This document shows positions 10,337 through 24,859 of a stretch of DNA of 64,000 bases, piece after piece; the stretch's first letter is position 1, and each line of letters starts with the position of its first letter. A program made the translations under genes and the position numbers. The notes below the pieces were generated by a model. The model made no database searches. It was not told the DNA's origin and saw only the letters and a program-made list of their open reading frames with translations. This DNA is from Ylistrum balloti (taxonomy: Eukaryota). The stretch covers positions 310,001-374,000 of the forward strand of contig NW_026781911.1 in assembly GCF_031769215.1 (NCBI RefSeq). Reading direction: 5' to 3'.

Positions 10337-13300
10337 TCATTCTAAGGCCTCGTGACTTTTTACCTGATTGTCTTATTTTATTTTTATACTTGATTTAAGT
10401 TGTATACACAAACGCTTTTGAAAGTTATAGCAATGGTTAAGATGGGAGAAACTAGATGAATTTAAAACTTTTTAATTGGTCATACACAATGATATTCAGT
10501 AACATAAACAGTTTTTTTTTTATTTAGTTGTTATATGTCAATACTCATTGTTAAGATATAAATCATTTCAGATGTGAACAAATCAGCTTTAAACCGTGAC
10601 ATATTATTACATGTGCAATAGTATTAAACATTGTTTTTTGCATATTGTTGTTTTCTTCAAATTTTACTGGAACAGTAAATTGTATCAGCAATAAGTCAAT
10701 TTTTCTGACTTACTTTTAATCTGCTATGATTAAGCATTATTTGACTCCTCACAAGGTAATTTATATATTAAAATCTATATTCAAATCATACATTGAATAA
10801 AAAGATGCATGTCTATAATTGGAAAACTGTGAACAAGTATAGAATTTGTGGTTCATATCTTCAACACCATTACCATCACACAAAAAAAAAACCATCAATT
10901 TTTCTTGTATATTTGTTAGAAACATCTTTGTGTGTGTAGGTTAAAAAATGTAATAGTTTGTTTTAGTTACAAACATTTTTTGTTGTTAAATCTAATCCAA
11001 AATCATATCTCTCACAGCACTTCATTTTCCTTTTTACACGGAGATCCATTGAAGCCTGTCAGAATCTATTTTTGACCAATCAGTGGGCTCCTTTCTCGCA
11101 TGATTGCTTCAGGGATCAAAATGGTGCCAAATCTGTATTCATGTAATAGATGCAGTGATAAGAAAATTTCCTATTATTTTTTTAACGTCGAAAAGATTTA
11201 GAGACAGGCCAAATTTGCATAATTCAGTCATTTTCAATTACATGAATGTGACTTAATTATGAATATCTCTTTCTCTATCTTATATAAATATGTATGTCTT
11301 TATGTGTCTTTGTTACAAATGGATTTTGTGCCTTAATTACAAACAATGTGTTTTTGTTTCATCTTAGTAAATTGCTTACGAACGTTTTAATGACATTCTG
11401 AAATGACCGAGATATTTTGCAGATTATCTCCCTTACTTAACTTTTTCTCCCCAAATATCTTGAAATGCTGTTATTGAAACATCACAAGAAAGACTATGTT
11501 TGTCAAGTGTTTTATTTAAAGCAATGGAGGTCACCTGGTGACGAACAATTGCTAATTCTTATCTGGAGATGTAATATCAGAGCCATGTATTGACAGAGGA
11601 CTTCATTGATATTTTTCAATCTGCTACTTAGTCATGTCTGTTTTTGTAACTTTATCATGTGCCATTTCCTTATGGAAAGATGCATAATTTTCACATAAGT
11701 AAATTTTCAGGAAAAGTTAATTTTAGCAGAAAAATGTTATTTTGAAGGGTTTATTTCCCGTGTGCTTATACAGATGTTCCATTGGTAAGGTTAAGTAGGC
11801 ACTTCACATGGGATAGCGTCACTTCATCCTCTTACACCTCTTTACTATAGACTTGTAGTCTGACATTCAGGCATGATGAAAGACATATCAAGTTTGGAAA
11901 ATACAAAAAAGTTCGTTAATCATAATGGGTTTCTTTTTTCCCAAAAATTCTCACAATAGTAACTAAATACTTGGCTAATTTTTTTTCTTAAATTTTACAT
12001 CATTCTTCTAAGCATTTGCACTGAGTATGATTGATGATAGTGTTTTAAATGGAAAAGTAGGAAATCAGTCTCTAATCTGTGAGTGAAATTTACCAGAAAA
12101 GTTTTGTCTGTGTCCAGGATGTTATAGATCAGTATCAGTATTACTTGGTATATTGTACAATGCATCAAAAAAGTAAATTAAAAACATGCCATATAAAGCT
12201 TAAGGCTGAAAATTTAAGAAATATTCAAATTTGTATCTGATTTATTTTCTAATTAAAATGGTTTCCCACAAGTAAGAATACCAATTTGGTGTGATTATTT
12301 GCTGTATAGGATCATTACTATATAGCTGTGTAAAGATTAAGAATGAAATATTTCTGCGTGAAATTACTTTATGGATGTTATTCTGCTCCTAAGTTATCAT
12401 AAATGAAATACAATTTATTGATAAGTGATTTTATGAATCAAGCTATCGGCAGAAACAGTCACAACAGAAATATGATATATCACAATGTATATTTTACTTA
12501 TTCCTTTTGTGTTTTATTAATTAGGTATTTATCCCTCATTTTTCATTTCCCACTGGCCTGTAAAAACATAAATCGTTATTGCTCTTGAAAATGTGGAATA
12601 GGATGGATTTAGTGTGATAATGATGGAATTAATTAAAAAAGAAAGCATGTGAATCTTCAGTGTATTGTGTACAGAATAGTCATAAATACATACATGTTAA
12701 ATGTGTTTAAGACATGTCTAAAATTAAGTTAAGTTGCAGAGAGGAAATTATTTTGAATGAAATTATATGTTTACAAAATGAGAAAATGCTAGCTTCTGTT
12801 ACAGGTGCAATAACTGATTCAAAACTCAATTTTGAAACACAAATCACAACACATGGCCTTTTTTATGATGCAATTAAAGTGTCGGCGCATTGCTACATTG
12901 TATTTATCTATTGTTATGGCTAAATGTAGACAGTTTTGCAATAAAAAAATTCCAGTCTGACTCATTCTGTTCAACTCTCATTGTTGAATGGATCATCAAG
13001 TTATTGTTCTGAAATAAAGAAAACATGTGCTGTGATGTAATACAGACAAGATTTGTTGATCGACCTTTTGGCAGATAGATTATTATTCACCAGAAAGATA
13101 TTCAGGCAGTTTTGGATTCATTGGAAGACACAAAAGATATTTAGATAGTCGAGGATTTGATGAAAAAGCAGACAGACATTCAATTACTGTTACAGATTTC
13201 TGATAACAACCACTGACATAAAAAGAAGTATAAAAATGTGTGATGATTGAAAACATTTAAAAAAACATGTCCATCTGAACAACAGGAATAGTAATACATG

Positions 13301-14261
13301 AACAGATACGTCCGAACAACATGTTCATGCAAATAACTTAAATTTGATGATACCAAAATCTAAATACTCATGAAATGCCTGAAATTGATTTAAGATATAT
13401 AGACTAAGCTGATTTAGTAAACAAATTAAAGTACCAGCCAGGAAGTATATCACAAAAACGAATATGAAACTAGAATTTCGTTTCAGAATAGACCATAGAT
13501 TATTTTAAAGTACATGTTTCGACCTCTAGATATGTCCTTGTGCACTTTAATTAGCTGTTGAGTGATTTCATCAGCCAGTTTGGCTGTTTAACTATACAGA
13601 TTATTGATACTAATCCGATCTAAAAGAAATGCTTATGCTACATTTGGCAGGCACTGCATGCTACTGGCTTTTGACATTAACACTTGTGTAGCGTTATCAT
13701 GTATTCCTTCAGCAACTGGTATAGAATAGCATATGCATCCACTAAGGTAACTTAACGTACAAGTTTACATACACAGTAGCTATTTTATAGCTGAGAATTT
13801 TGAGGTATTTATAAGAATGAAAAGAAAATATTCTGCCAGAAATATGAATTATGTAAAATAATGAAAGTTAGATCTAGTTATAAAGTACCAGCATAACAAG
13901 ATCACTGACTTTTATCAATAAAGATCAACTTAAGTTTATCCATTAAGTGAAATTAGAAAATCAATCACAATGTTAATTTAATAGCAATGGAAAGGAAAGG
14001 CAATAATACTAGCTCCTCAGTTTCTGCACTGCTGGTGGCGATATGGGATGTCATGTAGTCTTTCAGATTTTCTCACGATGATTATCAAATAGCATTGATA
14101 TACTTAGCAATGACTATAAATTTGGTGTTGAAGCTATAGGAAACCCTGGATAGATAACCTGGCTCCCGTATTGCTGAATATAAATACAGAATACATTCCA
14201 GGTACAACATAATGTGGAGTATAATATAGGACATTGTTACACCTAAGGCGTCGTAGAGAGT

Positions 14262-14369
14262 TGTAACGTTACCAACATATTGTAGGGACCTGTAACGTTA
14301 CCAACATATTGTAGGGACCTGTAACGTTACCAACATATTGTAGGGACCTGTAACGTTACCAACATATTG
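14262..14369. repeat. 29-bp tandem repeat, about 3.7 copies
   Basis: Unit tgtaacgttaccaacatattgtagggacc, containing the palindrome GTAACGTTAC. Confidence 0.95.
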
Positions 14370-15003
14370 GCGCCATTCAGGTGACACTTTTGAATCATTC
14401 TTATGTTAGGATTTTGTCCTCACACATTGTCGACCTTTTAGATCTTTTCCAAATCACTCAGTTGTCAGAAATGCGATATACGTACCGATGTTTACATTTT
14501 GTTCTGTCAGATCAGAGACGTATATATATACAGATGTAATCTAGCTATACATTACCTTGACATTCTTACGTAAAGGCTCACCGACATTTGAAGTCATACT
14601 GACCACAGTAATAGAGATCTAAAGGAACCCTTGTTTATTATCAACCTCTGTGTGATATTTAATCTCTTACGACACATTGTTTGGCATGTATACAACAACT
14701 GACGCTATGTACCTGCCAGCGGGCCAACAATTCTGACGTAAGAATATCGATTCTAACAAAACTAGGGATAATCCATTTTCTGTTCTTTTCATATTTTGCA
14801 TTATGTATTTAAATAGAGAGATTAAAAAAAAGAAAGAAAATAATAAAAGTTTTATGTGTAGAAATTTCCACTTATCTAAAACGAAAGTGAAAGTAGAACC
14901 CTTATTTGTGAAGTGTGTATATTTGCTTTCAGATTGTTGTATCGATTGCTAGAACCCAATTATAACTCAACACTGATGTGAAGTACTGACATAGTCGTTT
15001 AAA

Positions 15004-16502
15004 TTTTTAGCCCACCATCATCAGATGGTGGGGTATTCAAATCGCCCTGCCGTCCGTCGTCCGTCCGTCGTCCGTCCGTAAACAATTCTTGTTACCGCTA
15101 TTTCTGGAAAAGTACTGGATGGATCAATCTCAAATTTCATATGCAGGTTCCCCTTGGTCCCTAGTTGTGCATTGTACCTTTTTTGAACTGACTCGCATTC
15201 AAGATGGCCGACAGGTGGCCATCTTGGATTTTGGAAGTAAAAGTTTGTTACCGCTATTTCTGAGAAAGTACTGGATGGATCTTTCTCAAATTTCATATGC
15301 AGTTTCCCCTTTGTCCCTAGTTGTGCATTGTACCTTTTTGGACTGATTCGAATTCAAGATGGCCGACAGGCATCCATCTTGGATTTTTGGAAGTAAAATT
15401 TTGTTACTGCTATTTCTTGGAAAGTACTGGATGGATCTTTCTCAAATTTCATATACAGGTTCCCCTTGGTCCCTAATTGTGCATTGTACCTTTTTTGGAC
15501 TGATTCGAATTCAAGATGGCCGACAGGCAGCCAAGAAGTAAAAGTTTGGCTATTTCATGGAAAGACAGACCTTTCTTAAATTTCATATGCAGCCATCTTT
15601 TTTGGATTTTGGAAGTGAAAAAAGTTTGTTACTGCTATTTCTTGGAAAGTACTGGATGGATCTTTCTCAAATTTCATATACAGGTTCCCCTTGGTCCCTA
15701 ATTGTGCATTGTACCTTTTTTGGACTGATTCGAATTCAAGATGGCCGACAGGCAGCCATCTTGGATTTTGGAAGTAAAAGTTTGTTACTGCTATTTCATG
15801 GAAAGTACTGGATGGACCTTTCTTAAATTTCATATGCAGTTTCCCCTTGGTCCCTAGTTGTGCATTGTACCTTTTTTGGACTGATTCGAATTCAACATGG
15901 CCGACAGGTGGCCATCTCGGATTTTGAAAGTTAAAGTTTGTTACTGCTATTTCTTGGAAAGTACTGGATGGATCTTTCTCAAATTTCATATGCAGGTTCC
16001 CTTTGGTTCCAAGTTGTGCATTATACCTTTTTGGAATGATCCGAAATCAAGATGGCTGACAGGCAGCCATATTGGATTTTGAGAGTAAAATCTTGTTACT
16101 GCTATATCTGAGGAAGTACTGGATGGTTCCTTCTGACATTTCATAGATATTGGTTTCCCTTGGTCCCTAGTTGTGCATTGTACCTTTTTTGGACTGATTT
16201 GAAATCAAGGTGGCCCACAGGCAGCCATCTTGGATGTCGACAGTAATACAACACAAGCATATTGTCCATTATCCACCTGTAACTGACTGCTATCTAATAA
16301 TACTTTGGGATCTTTTTCAAATGATATTTGCTAATAGGTGCTTAATAAAAAATTCTTGTGCCATCATTGAGTACATTCAATGAAGACCAGTTCATGAACA
16401 TTTACAACTCCTGTAACAAACAAAAAAAAATAAACAAATCTTCAAGAACTGAAAACAGATCCTCAAATGGTGGGCGCCAAGATCCCTCTGGGATCTCTTG
16501 TC
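15004..16502 (+). mobile_element. Non-autonomous Helentron/HINE (DINE-1/pearl-like) element with internal tandem repeats of about 150 bp
   Basis: T-rich 5' start with GCCCACCAT and a local inverted copy. (GTCC)n microsatellite. About 7-8 core repeats of roughly 150 bp. 3' subTIR ATGGTGGGC at 16467-16475 and terminal hairpin GATCCC-TCT-GGGATC at 16481-16495. Confidence 0.8.
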
Positions 16503-17459
16503 AGTTAATTTAATGCCATTTAGCTAATAACTTGAGTTGATTCTAGATAATATTTTTAAGACACGTGTAGTTGTATGAACGGATACGTTGAAAAACACCG
16601 TATTTTGGGTGCTTCTGACTATGTAAAGTGGATGATTAATGAGTAAATTGAAAATTTTCTCTCGAATCCCATAAAACCACGAACTGATTTAATCATACAA
16701 CAATTACTGTACCTGCTTACCGTAGTATTGTTTATCACTCCGGAAGTCACAATGACCAACTTCCTTCCGGGTTAACTTATTTTATGTACATTGTACCACA
16801 TTTATTTCTATGATTATACATGCACGGTGAGAAGAAAGTGACATATTTCCTGAATACGTATTTTTTTCTTTGGAATACGGCGGACGTGATCTCCCATTAT
16901 ATTAGACATAAACCACAAGATTGGTTTCTACTTTAGCTCAGGTATAAAAAAAAATCGTCCATTGTGATAGGTTTCTGGGCTACCGAAAGTGTTCAATGAT
17001 TTCTTTTGATGGAATTTCTAGGTTAGTGAAAGTGTAACTAAACTCAATTTCTTTGTATTTCTGGAATATTAGATATTGGGGATATCGAGGAAAATAAAAA
17101 TGTCCATCTTGGATTTTGACTGAATAAGTTTCTATTCCTTGGTTTAGAAGAAATGATTGAATAATTCGAAAATTAAGTGCATATCTGTATGGGTTTCCAT
17201 TGGTCCAAAATGCTGGATGTTCAGTTCTGATTCCAGTCGGAAAAAAACAAATGGTCTACAACATTTTTTAGAATTATACAAAACATGGGATCAAATATTA
17301 AGGCTATTCTTAACGTTCACTTATCCCATATTTGGTTTTGGAACTGACTGTAAAGGTTACTTGCTATCGTTATCTTTATAAAAGATACTTGATATTTTTC
17401 TCGAATATCATTTGTAGGTGCCAATTAATCCTTACTTTACATATTGCAGCTTGGGTATG

Positions 17460-17752
17460 GTAATGCTTTAGGATTTTCTGTCTCAGAACTACAGTATCAC
17501 AATGACTAGGATTTTCTGTCTCAGAACCAGGGTATCACAATGATTTAGGATCTTCTGTCTCAGAACCAGGGTATCACAATGCTTTAGGATCTTGTCTCAG
17601 AACCAGGGTATCACAATGCTTTAGGATCTTCTGTCTCAGAACCAGGGTATCACAATGCTTTAGGATCTTCTGTCTCAGAACCAGGGTATCACAATGATTT
17701 AGGATCTTCTGTCTCAGAACTACAGTATCGTAACGTTTTAGGATCTTCTGTC
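17460..17752. repeat. 38/39-bp minisatellite, about 7 copies
   Basis: Unit taggatcttctgtctcagaaccagggtatcacaatgctt. Confidence 0.93.
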
Positions 17753-18711
17753 TTAGATGGCAAAATCCTCGAACGTGGTTATGAGGACCGCACCGAGAAA
17801 TTTAGTGTCAAATCCATCGGTATCCTTGATAAACATTGCTTAATATCATAGCATATACACTGTTTTGAAACCAGCTTAACATCACTTGCGACATCATTGG
17901 CGTGCTGTCATTATGGAAGAATGGTTATATTCTGCAGCTAAATAAGAAAAAAACAGGATTATGCCAAAGAGTGAGCCTGCTGACATTGTCGTTTTAATTT
18001 TTTTCTTTTGTACTTTTATCAGACATTTTTCTTAATGTTCTTCCAAGTATATGCAATTACTTGACAGCTGAACATTTAGCATGGTCATTACACGAAAACG
18101 ACTAAAGTTAATAGTCCAATAACTGATAGAATATATTTTGTCTGGGCCGAACAAAAATCCTGTTCACCAATCTAAATTTCAATGTCTGCATAGCAAATAA
18201 ATTATTCATCATAAAATTTGTCCTCTAACATCAACCGCCCAGTGTTTATATCCTGTCTATAGTACTCTCGCGTGATACCCGAGTCCATTATTGAATATTT
18301 GACATGTAATAATTATAACGGAAGTGCATATCTAAAGAGGCCGTTTCCGATGTACCTGATACAAGAATAATTATCCTTGTCGCCTCCAGTGTTTTCATGC
18401 ATACGATAATATATGATGACGGCGATAAAAAGATAATCATGGTAAATATGACGCCTTACTGAAATCGATCGCCACGTGTTCTATAGGAGATTTTAGAATA
18501 TTGTTAATTAACATCACGCAGTACACCCGTACAAATGCTGTGTATTTATCAATATCAAATACCCGTAGAATACAACAAACAATAATATTTACTGTAATAC
18601 AATCTCCGGCAAATCATGAGGTATAAGCATAGCGATTTGTATCTACATTTCCTGTTGTAAGCTGAAACTTGGGATGGTCACAGTGGATCGTGGTAATTCC
18701 ATTATTGTGCT

Positions 18712-18902
18712 TTAAACATGATCAGACATGTTTTAACATCGTGCTTTAAATGTGATCAGACGTGTGCCAGCATCGTGCTGTAAATGAGATCAGACTTGTT
18801 TAAACATCGTGCTTTAAATGAGATCAGACTTGTTTTAACACCGTTCTTTAAATGATGTCAGACTTGTTTTAACCTCGTGCTGTAAATGAGATCAGACTTG
18901 CT
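18712..18902. repeat. 34-bp tandem repeat, about 6 diverged copies
   Basis: Unit approximately atgagatcagacttgttttaacatcgtgctttaa. Confidence 0.85.
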
Positions 18903-19399
18903 CCAATATCAAACGATAGGTGTTTTTTTTTCAGTTTAATGTTGAAGCGATTTTTCTATTGATATTCTAAACTATGTTCGGTCCGGTTTATTAATGGTTG
19001 GAAGAAATTGTCCTTTTCTACGTTGTTAACACTAAGTAGGAAGGTTCTATAACTAAATCAGTTCCAACGTCCTCAAGAGGCAAGGTCAAGGTCAAGGCAT
19101 TTTCTCATGTCTTTGACTGCTTTTTGGGGTACAAATAAAATGTGGTTAGTTTTGAGAATATGACTTCAAAAGCCGCAAGCATACTCTAAAAGAGTGTTGC
19201 ATTCCAGGACAGTGGACATGTTGATAATTATTTCGAAGATTAAACAACATCTTCATTGCTTTAGGCATTTACATGTTGTCGTAGCTACTGAATTCTCATG
19301 TTTCTGGATTTTGTACGGTTTCAGCGTTTGCTGAGTATTGCGTTTCAGACAGTTATGGGCATCGGGGAGAGAAGGGTATTCGTCACGTTGTATTTTTTT

Positions 19400-19460
19400 C
19401 TTTTCTTTTTTTTTTTTTTTTTTGGGGGGGGGGGGGGGGATGGGGTAGGGGGGAGGGGGG
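19400..19460. repeat. Poly-T tract followed by poly-G and G-runs
   Basis: Read directly from the sequence. Confidence 0.9.
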
Positions 19461-21165
19461 TTTGGACAATGTAGATACATATTTTAGTTGAGTGATACAC
19501 ATCTCGTGAACTGTGTTAATCATGATTTGTTTTTGTACGTAGACTGATGCTGAATTTTATCTATAAATACTGCAATTCGAGATAATAGTAACAGTCTATT
19601 GATTCATTCTGGTTGTACTGGGCAAGTACCCCCAAAACTACCAAGTTATGTTCGTAGGGAATCCCACATTACTATCACGTTTTAGCTTATAGTATAAAGT
19701 ATGGGTGAAGTGACGAGAGTCACGTCCGACATATACTCACTCCATTTTGAATGAGTGCAACCATAACGATTTTGTGAAACATTATAGTAATATCGTAGTA
19801 TTTTGTCGTCATCATCATCCACTTCCGTCAATCTTATGAATGAAACAAAAACATCATTGACGCAAAGATATTGACCAGGAAGGCAACAAGCTTTTATATG
19901 TGTTTACGTCAACATATCAAAGTGCGTCATAACTTGACCTTAATCATTTTTAAAAGGCGTGCCAAGGTCGTTTATATACATGTTAATTTTATATTTGATA
20001 ACATAATTGTTATGAAGTGGCATGATTTGTATTCTATTGACAACTGCATGGCGTAGACAGAAAGAAGTACATGTAAACAACTGAACAGTGTAGTATAAGG
20101 TTCTGAATACATATATGTATGAACTTTACATAGTGTAGTGTGATGTGTTACATAATGTACAATCCCAGTGTTCAATGGTGCATTCAACGACACAAACAAG
20201 TGTATATGGAGCGACAGACACTAAGCAGACAACATAGAGAAATAATAACGACTAGAAATGGAATACTGTCGACTAAATAACTTGTTTATTTTAACGTGCA
20301 ATATTTATACAGCTCTCATCACGATTGATCTTTTTAACATCGATAAATAGCTATGGCGCGTTTGTCCAAACCACAAGTAGGAAGGTAGTGTATAATTAAT
20401 TACCTCACCTGTCAAAGTCTAGACAACAAGACAAACTGCAGTGCTTGCCCGTAAATAGTATCTAGAAAAGTCATTCCGTAAACATAAGTGGGGTGCAATA
20501 TTCCAGCTCACTAAAGTCGCTAGTAGTGTAAATTATGCAGGTGCAAATGAGCATTGCAAACCCAACATATCGTGAGTAGTGAGAGAGGATCAAACGGGCC
20601 ACTTATTTCAGTGTAAATTCTGTATATACATTGTTCAAACTAGACTTACCTAACATGAAAAAGTAGCTAAAACATGCATCATAATGTAACGTCATGTGGG
20701 TCTTTGGAATCTGAACATTTATAGATCTGACATCAAATCGGAGTAGTAATACTAAAACAAACTTCACAGGAGAGCAAACACTTGCCAGTCAACTCATCTA
20801 CTTAGCCAAGAATAATTCATATAAGGATCACCAGGCTTACGGGAATACAATACAAATTCGCGATTTTTATTTTAAAATTTCACTAAGAAGCACTTTATAT
20901 ATATATTTTAAAAATATTTTTGAATGCTAATACTGCCTCCTGTATTCGGTAGCGATAGTTTACCTACAACTAGAGTACATTTCACGACGGCCTACTACGG
21001 CATAGTGTCATGTGATGTGTTGGAAATGTAAACTCTTTACGCAGTATGGTGTTACATTTTGTTGAAACTGATACAAGCCAGTATATATACACTTCCTGGA
21101 CTGCCTATGAAACCAGCGACACAAATATAAAAGTTTTATGTGGATATGTTAGGTGTTTCACTTAA

Positions 21166-24100
21166 GAAGATTATTTTGCAGGGAGTTATATAGAACACTG
21201 ACGAAACATACAATTATTACAAAATCAAAGTCAGACTCTAGTTACGTACATGTTAAAGTTGAATTCGTGAGGTTTTTGTCAGCACGATTTTACAGCTCAA
21301 TAAATTACAACATACTTATTATTCCTGGTTCAATGGAAGTCTGAATTTTATGGAAGAAGGTAATAAAATGTATTCGGACATTTGTTTCGCTCTTTGTGAA
21401 TATCGGAAAGGGATTGGCACAATTTTTAATACGTTCAGTTGGATTTTATTATATAGATAAATAATGATGCGGTCTTATGACACGTAATCTATGATTTTAC
21501 AGTCAATCCACGCAAAATAAAGAATAATGAAAAGAGGAATGAAATAAAAAAAATAAACCCAAAAGAATCATTCACATGGAGACGCCGTAAAACATTATAA
21601 GATTGAACAAAAGACACACAGGTGAATGGCGCCTTTAATGTCAATTTAGAGTTACAGTAGAGCCAAACAAGGAATTAAAGTGTATGGTACAGTTGTATTG
21701 TCCTAGGACTTGTCAGTGATGCACAGTCATTGTAATATAGAATGTTAAAGATACCAACGGTTTCGGAAGGGTAAACGTAACATGTGCTGAAAATTGAATA
21801 CATGTACAATGTAACATTGCAATCAAATCGAAATTTGATATGTATTCACAACCCAGGGATCGTACGTTGCTTTTGTTCTATCCTATCATTTAGTTTGTTC
21901 ATGTTTTGTATCTAAACTTAAATTTCATTACTGAAGATTGCTTTCAAAATTATCTTAAGATAAAATATAGGTCGTATAACTAATGGCATGACGTCGGTTA
22001 GGACTAATAATATTGATACACTATTACTACAAGATATCGATATCATGTACAGAACATGTGTTATATCGACATACAGTACATGTATAGAATAGTGGTCCAT
22101 GAAATATAAACAACAGGTTAAATAAGTACGAAAAAAGAACAAAACAAAATAAGAAAAGATAACTAAGTGCAAGTCGGCAATTCATACGTAAATTTTCACC
22201 AGAAATCGTGTGGAGATTTCTCTCTCCCCATCCCGGAAGTTTACATGATTTACATTTGTTATGTTAAACACATGTTAAAGGGAACACACCCTTATATTGT
22301 TTACACGTGGTGGTGTCGTCATCACATACTGATATGGGATGACTTTCTCTCTTTGTTTCCTTTACCTTTTTTTCATTTTCTAAACAATAAGATTGAAGAT
22401 TATTTTGCAGGGAGTTATATAGAACACTGACGAAACATACATTATTACAAAATCAAAGTCAGACTCTAGTTACGTACATGTTAAAGTTGAATTCGTGAGG
22501 TTTTTGTCAGCACGATTTTACAGCTCAATAAATTACAACATACTTATTATTCCTGGTTCAATGGAAGTCTGAATTTTATGGAAGAAGGTAATAAAATGTA
22601 TTCGGACATTTGTTTCGCTCTTTGTGAATATCGGAAAGGGATTGGCACAATTTTTAATACGTTCAGTTGGATTTTATTATATAGATAAATAATGATGCGG
22701 TCTTATGACACGTAATCTATGATTTTACAGTCAATCCACGCAAAATAAAGAATAATGAAAAGAGGAATGAAATAAAAAAAATAAGAGAAAAGAATCATTC
22801 ACATGGAGACGCCGTAAAACATTATAAGATTGAACAAAAGATACACAGGTGAATGGCGCCTTTAATGTCAATTTAGAGTTACAGTAGAGCCAAACAAGGA
22901 ATTAAAGTGTATGGTACAGTTGTATTGTCCTAGGACTCGTCAGTGATGCACAGTCATTGTAATATAGAATGTTAAAGATACCAACGGTTTCGGAAGGGTA
23001 AACGTAACATGTGCTGAAAATTGAATACATGTACAATGTAACATTGCAATCAAATCGAAATTTGATATGTATTCACAACCCAGGGATCGTACGTTGCTTT
23101 TGTTCTATCCTATCATTTAGTTTGTTCATGTTTTGTATCTAAACTTAAATTTCATTACTGAAGATTGCTTTCAAAATTATCTTAAGATAAAATATAGGTC
23201 GTATAACTAATGGCATGACGTCGGTTAGGACTAATAATATTGATACACTATTACCACAAGATATCGATATCATGTACAGAACATGTGTTATATCGACATA
23301 CAGTACATGTATAGAATAGTGGTCCATGAAATATAAACAACAGGTTAAATAAGTACGAAAAAAGAACAAAACAAAATAAGAAAAGATAACTAAGTGCAAG
23401 TCGGCAATTCATACGTAAATTTTCACCAGAAATCGTGTGGAGATTTCTCTCTCCCCATCCCGGAAGTTTACATGATTTACATTTGTTATGTTAAACACAT
23501 GTTAAAGGGAACACACCCTTATATTGTTTACACGTGGTGGTGTCGTCATCACATACTGATATGGGATGACTTTCTCTCTTTGTTTCCTTTACCTTTTTTT
23601 CATTTTCTAAACAATAAGATTGAAGATTATTTTGCAGGGAGTTATATAGAACACTGACGAAACATACAATTATTACAAAATCAAAGTCAGACTCTAGTTA
23701 CGTACATGTTAAAGTTGAATTCGTGAGGTTTTTGTCAGCACGATTTTACAGCTCCATAAATTACAACATACTTATTATTCCTGGTTCAATGGAAGTCTGA
23801 ATTTTATGGAAGAAGGTAATAAAATGTATTCGGACATTTGTTTCGCTCTTTGTGAATATCGGAAAGGGATTGGCACAATTTTTAATACGTTCAGTTGGAT
23901 TTTATTATATAGATAAATAATGATGCGGTCTTATGACACGTAATCTATGATGTTTACAGTCAATCCACGCAAAATAAAGAATAATGAAAAGAGGAATGAA
24001 ATAAAAAAAATAAACCCAAAAGAATCATTCACATGGAGACGCCGTAAAACATTATAAGATTGAACAAAAGATACACAGGTGAATGGCGCCTTTAATGTCA

Positions 24101-24859
24101 ATTTAGAGTTACAGTAGAGCCAAACAAGGAATTAAAGTGTATGGTACAGTTGTATTGTCCTAGGACTCGTCAGTGATGCACAGTCATTGTAATATAGAAT
24201 GTTAAAGATACCAACGGTTTCGGATATATATAAACGTAACATGTGCTGAAAATTGAATACATGTACAATGTAACATTGCAATCAAATCGAAATTTGATAT
24301 GTATTCACAACCCAGGGATCGTACGTTGCTTTTGTTCTATCCTATCATTTAGTTTGTTCATGTTTTGTATCTAAACTTAAATTTCATTACTGAAGATTGC
24401 TTTCAAAATTATCTTAAGATAAAATATAGGTCGTATAACTAATGGCATGACGTCGGTTAGGACTAATAATATTGATACACTATTACCACAAGATATCGAT
24501 ATCATGTACAGAACATGTGTTATATCGACATACAGTACATGTATAGAATAGTGGTCCATGAAATATAAACAACAGGTTAAATAAGTTTGCTAAAAAAGAA
24601 CAAAACAAAATAAGAAAAGATAACTAAGTGCAAGTCGGCAATTCATACGTAAATTTTCACCAGAAATCGTGTGGAGATTTCTCTCTCCCCATCCCGGAAG
24701 TTTACATGATTTACATTTGTTATGTTAAACACATGTTAAAGGGAACACACCCTTATATTGTTTACACGTGGTGGTGTCGTCATCACATACTGATATGGGA
24801 TGACTTTCTCTCTTTGTTTCCTTTACCTTTTTTTCATTTTCTAAACAATAAGATTGAAG
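21166..24859. repeat. Three tandem copies of an approximately 1.23-kb unit
   Basis: GAAGA(ttattttgcagggag) starts at 21166, 22395 and 23622, and the array ends at GAAG 24856-24859. The same spurious ORFs recur at 22167, 23394 and 24628. Confidence 0.97.

Noticed and set aside
13040-14760. Short protein-like frames on both strands (e.g. DAYAILYQLLKEYMITLHKC*, MTSNVGEPLRKNVK)
   Set aside because: I could not join them into a stop-free spliced ORF or recognise a family.
15021-16082. Overlapping ORFs of 60-137 aa
   Set aside because: They are translations of the HINE core repeats, with no Rep/helicase or transposase motifs.
19657-19666. Isolated GGGAATCCC kB-like sites (here and near 43128)
   Set aside because: They are single 9-mers far from any promoter, and expected by chance in 64 kb.
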